A stretch of DNA of 32,000 nt from Candidatus Poseidoniaceae archaeon (lineage in GTDB: Archaea; Thermoplasmatota; Poseidoniia; Poseidoniales; Poseidoniaceae), in contig CALSTM010000002.1 of NCBI GenBank assembly GCA_943789275.1, positions 630,001 to 662,000 of the forward strand. The letters are read 5' to 3'. Position 1 is the first letter of the stretch; each line of letters begins with the position of its first letter. The notes under the pieces are model-generated. The model was given only the letters and a program-made list of their open reading frames with translations, was not told the origin of the DNA and made no database searches. This document shows, one piece after another, positions 26,001 to 32,000 of the stretch. The position numbers were made by a program, and so were the translations under genes.

Positions 26001-26551
26001 ACGCCGATGCTGATGGAGATGGGTTCCTGAACGAGGATGAAATATTGGCTGGAACGCTACCTCTCGATGAAACATCTTTCCCTGCAAACAGGCTTCCAAC
26101 ATGTTCCCTGTACTACTCGCTTGAAGCAGATGGCATGCCGACGAGCTTTGAAGGAGATGCGGTCATTCCTGCTCTTTCTGGCGTGACTGCACAAGCCGGT
26201 ATAGACTCAATCGTTCCGTCGACAGTCACGATACCATCGGGAAGTTACTTCATTACTGCGCACTGTATTGACCTTGACGGCGATGATATCACCGTTACCG
26301 TGAACGACATTACCATCGGACCTGTTGCTGGGGAAGTGAGTGCTGCCGCTCTTATCGTCATCGGAGAGAACGTAAGTGAAACCGTCGATGTAACCATCAC
26401 ATGGACAGACGGCTCTGATACGCTCATGACGATGGTAACCATCGAGATGGAAAGCGATTCTACATCCATAATCCCTGGATTTGGTGTACTCTTAGGGTTG
26501 AGTGCACTTCTGCTCGCAGGGCTTGCATCTTGTAGAAAACATGAGAATTGA
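23028..26551 (+). CDS. Large cell-surface protein: signal peptide, three ~261-aa tandem repeats, thrombospondin-type-3-like Ca-binding repeats and a PGF-CTERM anchor. The reading frame is interrupted by a 1-nt frameshift near 23966.
   Basis: Signal peptide MKTTKMIGIVMTLIMLTATTVPVLAGA. ORFs 23028-24218 and 23984-26551 carry the same repeat in different frames. DxDxDG motifs are present (DFDGDGVYDKDDICDD, SDGDGDGFD, DYDNDGTCDLLDADADGDGF). The C-terminus is STSIIPGFGVLLGLSALLLAGLASCRKHEN. The start is ambiguous (23028, 23037 or 23052). Confidence 0.8.
23257..25190 (+). repeat. Near-identical long tandem DNA repeats (periods 785 and 783 bp) inside the surface-protein gene
   Basis: ATTGGGAACTGTGTTTCGCTGCTTACAACAATTG occurs at 23257, 24042 and 24825. 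Long stretches are identical base for base between units (for example 23400-23960 against 24185-24745). Unit 3 diverges after about 25183. Confidence 0.95.
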
Positions 26552-26786
26552 GACGGTTTCTTGAGCCATACCCTTGGCGATGGAGGGTGTCTACAACCAA
26601 CCGTGCAGGCGTAGCACTGCTGTTGTTCGGGCTCATGCTTTGCGCACCTGTCGCCGCTGCCATGGGCAGAAGGGGCAACGAGTTATCTGACGTTGAAACG
26701 GAATGATTAGAGTTTGAAACAAACCATAACTCCACATCTCAATGCGGAAAGATTTGCCAATTTCAAAGGACATTTCAAGCCAGAAA

Positions 26787-27125
26787 TTAGACGTGTTCAG
26801 CAAGTTTGTTTTGGAAACGTGACAATGTTCCACCGCCCCATTCGGAAACGCGTTCACCGTGGACAAAAATAGCCATGAATGGCATAATGTCGATGTAAGA
26901 AATCCAAGACTGAGCCAGTTTGAAACGTGCCATGCCAGGGTCATCCAGCATGATTTTGCCAAAACGAACGTTGAGAGGTGCAGTTCCAGAAGACAACCAC
27001 GTGCTCAACTCATCACCCAGCTGTATGCACGAGATGCATTCCTTCTTTGATAACATCAAAACTGCAAGAGGCGCGTTGAGAAAACTCTCCCACGAGCCTT
27101 CATCAAGTTGTTCAATCGTAGCCAT
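26787..27125 (-). CDS. Thioredoxin-fold protein with a CxxC motif
   Basis: 112 aa with the motif C-I-S-C in a thioredoxin-like context (LAVLMLSKKECISCIQL). Located downstream of the peroxiredoxin and katG genes on the same strand. Confidence 0.55.
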   Translation of the reverse strand: MATIEQLDEGSWESFLNAPLAVLMLSKKECISCIQLGDELSTWLSSGTAPLNVRFGKIMLDDPGMARFKLAQSWISYIDIMPFMAIFVHGERVSEWGGGTLSRFQNKLAEHV

Positions 27126-27178
27126 CTCAGATAACCTCAGGCAATGGAAAACGGAACGCTAAAAGGAAGTGCGGGGCA

Positions 27179-27646
27179 TCAAAGCGAGGCAGCAAGAGCA
27201 ACTACAGCGTCATAATCGGGTTCGACACCGGGGTTTTCAGCGACCCAGCGATGTTGGACAACGCCATTTCCATCGACAACAACAACGACTCTGTTTGCAG
27301 ACATGTAGCCATCAATGCCGCCAAGGCCAACAAATGCAGCATCGTATGCTTTGACAACGTCTCGGTCAAGGTCCGAGAGTAAGGTGAATTCAAGGTTGTA
27401 CTTACGAGCAAACTCAGCGTTGGCCCAAGGAGAGTCGACGCTGATACCGAGAACGGTTGCATTGGCATCGTTGAGTTTACCGAGATTATCTTGGAAAGCG
27501 CACATTTCTTTGTCGCAGACGCCTGTGAAAGCACCTGGATAAAAGGCGAGAATTACGGTTTGGCCGCTGTAGTCAGCAAGGCTAACGTCACTCTTTTCTG
27601 TGTTTTTCAGGGTAAAGGCTGGGGCAGTGTCTCCAATATTGGCCAT
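27179..27646 (-). CDS. Peroxiredoxin (AhpC/TSA family, Bcp/AhpE-like)
   Basis: MANIGDTAPAFTLKN...VILAFYPGAFTGVCDKEMC contains the peroxidatic Cys in the PxxxTxxC motif. The ATG at 27646 was chosen over the TTG at 27694, which overlaps katG. Confidence 0.85.
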   Translation of the reverse strand: MANIGDTAPAFTLKNTEKSDVSLADYSGQTVILAFYPGAFTGVCDKEMCAFQDNLGKLNDANATVLGISVDSPWANAEFARKYNLEFTLLSDLDRDVVKAYDAAFVGLGGIDGYMSANRVVVVVDGNGVVQHRWVAENPGVEPDYDAVVALAASL

Positions 27647-27686
27647 GGAGTGCCCACGAAGCGCCGGCGTATATCCGTTACGCAGT

Positions 27687-29867
<2,181 letters not shown>

Positions 29868-29912
29868 TCACTTATATCAACCTGTAGTCATGGCGATTGG
29901 TGCTGTTGAGGC

Positions 29913-31160
29913 ATGCTGCGGCACGGTAGAATTGATGTGCTGAGCGCACAAGCATCAACCATGCAACGACCTTTACGCAGTCCACTGTCAAAGCACTGGA
30001 GGTTGGCCCCTGAATGTGTGTTCCTCAACCATGGCTCGTTCGGAGCAACGCCTACCCTTGTTATCGAGGAACAAAGGAGATGGCAAGATTTACTCGAAGA
30101 TGAACCGGTTCGATTCTATGAAGATTTGGCGATGGGATTCATGGAGAACGCTCGCCGTTCGCTTGCAAAGATGCTGCAGTGCGATGCAGATGACCTTGCT
30201 CTGCTTGAGAACGCCACGTCGGGAGTCAACACCGTTTTGCGCTCGTTGGTCTTCGAGGAAGGCGATGAAATCCTCGTTCCAGACCATGCCTATCAGGCAT
30301 GCCGCAACACCATTGATTTCGTTGCTGAGCGTTGGGGAGCAACGGTTGTCACCGTCAATATCCCGTTTCCGATCACGGGCCCTGATGTAGCGTTTGATGC
30401 CATTATGGCTGGCGTGACTCCACGAACCGTACTCGCCATGATTGACACCGTAACAAGCCCAACTGGGTTATTGATGCCGTTTGAACGAATGGTCCAAGCG
30501 CTTGAAGAAAGGGGCGTAGCGGTCATGCTCGATGCTGCACACGGCATTGGCATGGTTCCTCTGTCGCTGGATGAATTGGGTGCTTCCTACACGACAAGCA
30601 ACTGTCACAAATGGCTGTGTGCCCCAAAAGGATCGGCTTTCCTTCACGTTCGCAAAGATTTGCAACACCACATTCATCCACTCACCATCAGCCATGGAAT
30701 GACGTTTCCTTTAGGCGATACGACACGCTTCCGTCACGAGTTTGACTGGACCGGGACACGGGACATTTCCGCAGCATGCTCAATTCCAGCTACCATCGAT
30801 TACATGCAAACCATGGTCGATGGCGGGTGGCCTGCAATCATGCAACACAACCATGACTTAGCCATTGAAGGGCGCCGTATTCTCTGTGAACGCCTTGGAA
30901 TTGAGGCGCCGTGTCCTGATGAAATGATTGCGTGCATTGCGACCCTCGAGTTGCCGAGCGGCGGTGGAGCAGGCATTCCATTGCACGAGCCGGACCCGTT
31001 GCACAAGGTCTTGCAAGACACGTACGGGATTCAAGTCCCTGTCTGGTCCTGGGAGTCGCCAAAGGGGCGTTACATTCGAATCTCGGCTCAACTCTACAAT
31101 CATGTTGATGAATACCACTATCTAGCGGATGCACTTGCTACCGAATTGGCATTCGATTAG
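29913..31160 (+). CDS. PLP-dependent aminotransferase class V (cysteine desulfurase / isopenicillin-N-epimerase-like)
   Basis: FLNHGSFGATP..., DAAHG and SNCHKWLCAPKGSAFLHV (PLP-lysine motif). The alternative start Met is at 29961. Confidence 0.85.
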   Translation: MLRHGRIDVLSAQASTMQRPLRSPLSKHWRLAPECVFLNHGSFGATPTLVIEEQRRWQDLLEDEPVRFYEDLAMGFMENARRSLAKMLQCDADDLALLENATSGVNTVLRSLVFEEGDEILVPDHAYQACRNTIDFVAERWGATVVTVNIPFPITGPDVAFDAIMAGVTPRTVLAMIDTVTSPTGLLMPFERMVQALEERGVAVMLDAAHGIGMVPLSLDELGASYTTSNCHKWLCAPKGSAFLHVRKDLQHHIHPLTISHGMTFPLGDTTRFRHEFDWTGTRDISAACSIPATIDYMQTMVDGGWPAIMQHNHDLAIEGRRILCERLGIEAPCPDEMIACIATLELPSGGGAGIPLHEPDPLHKVLQDTYGIQVPVWSWESPKGRYIRISAQLYNHVDEYHYLADALATELAFD

Positions 31161-31193
31161 AATCTGAAAACTTTCTCACGGCTAACCCGCCAT

Positions 31194-32000
31194 TTAATTC
31201 GTTCTAGACAAGTCGGATGTCGAAAAAATAAGTCGTTCTTCGAAACTGACTGGATCTACGTAACTGAAAATTTTACCTGCGACTATATTACAATTATCGC
31301 AAACAAGTATACATCGGTGAACATCAACTTGTAAATTGGGTTCATCTCCTTTAGGCAAGCAATCGCAGTCAAAAAAACAAGATGTTTCAGGTTTGTGGTC
31401 CTTCTCTTCCTTCCTTTGGAGTTGATAGTTATGCATATCAGAAAGATCGTTTAAATTGAAACCATCGTAAGAAAGATGCCTAGAGAAGATTCCAAGTTCG
31501 ACCCATTGTGCGAGTAACTTACGCCAATGCTTTTTACAAATAAGGTGGATTATGTGATTCCTTTCTCGCTCAGCCAGAACGCCTTTAGAGAATTGGTTAC
31601 AAACTTCAGAATCGAACCCATGCTTCAACAAATAACTCCTCACTCCGCGTAAATTTAACCAACCATTCACAAGTTTTTCTCGGTTGTAGATGAGTTCTGG
31701 CCAGATTTCGTCAATAATAATTTCCTCAATCGCAATCGAGAGGTTTGGGAGGCGTACCGGGAACTTCTTGACAGGTTTTCGCTCCTTTGAATGGTGCAAT
31801 GAATCTTCCAAAAGTTTTGGCAAAAAGCCTTTGTTGGATGAAAGTATTCTCCAGACATCACGGCGTACCCTGTACGCATCGCCAGCAGGCTTTCTACCAG
31901 CTTTGCCCTTTTGCCCTGAAGAACGCTGACTTGCGGCAATCCACGTGGTGCTTTTTGGAGTGCGGTATTTGTAGTACCACTCGCCTTTACCAGATTCCTG
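31194..32000 (-). CDS. Hypothetical protein with a C-terminal Cys cluster; the N-terminus lies beyond the window
   Basis: The frame of tracked ORF 31194-31823 stays open upstream to nt 32000 (QESGKGEWYYKYRTPKSTTWIAASQRSSGQKGKAGRKPAGDAYRVRRDVWRILSSNKGFLPKLLEDS...). The C-terminus reads CFFDCDC...HRCILVCDNCN. The 31190-31840 part is AT-rich. Confidence 0.55.
   Translation of the reverse strand, partial: QESGKGEWYYKYRTPKSTTWIAASQRSSGQKGKAGRKPAGDAYRVRRDVWRILSSNKGFLPKLLEDSLHHSKERKPVKKFPVRLPNLSIAIEEIIIDEIWPELIYNREKLVNGWLNLRGVRSYLLKHGFDSEVCNQFSKGVLAERERNHIIHLICKKHWRKLLAQWVELGIFSRHLSYDGFNLNDLSDMHNYQLQRKEEKDHKPETSCFFDCDCLPKGDEPNLQVDVHRCILVCDNCNIVAGKIFSYVDPVSFEERLIFSTSDLSRTN

Noticed and set aside
23984-26551. 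Independent 855-aa gene starting at the TTG at 23984
   Set aside because: It has no signal peptide, and its N-terminus is the middle of a repeat module that continues from the upstream ORF once a 1-nt indel is allowed. It is treated as part of one frameshifted gene.
26587-26706. 39-aa GTG ORF with a signal-peptide-like core (AGVALLLFGLMLCAPVAAA) downstream of the surface-protein gene
   Set aside because: It is very short, has no Shine-Dalgarno or TATA support, and alternative frames are equally open. It is noted only as a candidate for peptidomics.

Overview
This window looks archaeal. It carries the conserved secE-spt5-rpl11-rpl1-rpl10(P0)-rpl12(P1) cluster, and P0 and P1 end in poly-Glu plus GLGxLFG tails. 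Starts are either led by a GAGGTGA Shine-Dalgarno or leaderless behind a TATA box, and one surface protein has a PGF-CTERM sorting signal. The acidic proteins suggest a marine planktonic euryarchaeon, but the lineage cannot be proven from the sequence alone.

Content from left to right:
- a RidA fragment and a phosphohexomutase
- a fragmented secreted-protein gene and a structured GC-rich spacer
- the ribosomal stalk operon, on the minus strand
- a J-domain protein followed by RNase R
- a copper operon: a 10-Cys 60-aa ORF, CopA and CopZ
- tRNA-Leu(UAG) followed by perfect 69-bp tandem repeats, each of which rebuilds the tRNA 3' end
- a divergent HxlR / MDR-oxidoreductase pair
- an AT-rich islet holding an orphan membrane protein, an FkbM methyltransferase and a GT4 glycosyltransferase
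- a TetR / ABC-ATPase / FtsX-permease operon with tandem palindromic operators
- a surface protein of about 1170 aa, built from three roughly 261-aa repeats plus thrombospondin-type-3 Ca-binding repeats and PGF-CTERM, broken by a 1-nt frameshift
- a thioredoxin-like / peroxiredoxin / KatG cluster
- a class-V aminotransferase
- an AT-rich Cys-cluster ORF that runs off the right edge

I found no rRNA, CRISPR array, transposase, integrase or known defence system.

The most unusual observations are:
- the array of tRNA 3'-end repeats
- a Nudix-like domain fused to Spt5
- a uL11 gene that encodes only the C-terminal domain
- the Cys-rich ORF at the head of the cop operon
- the recently amplified surface-protein repeats

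All functional calls come from motif recognition by eye. No database search was run.
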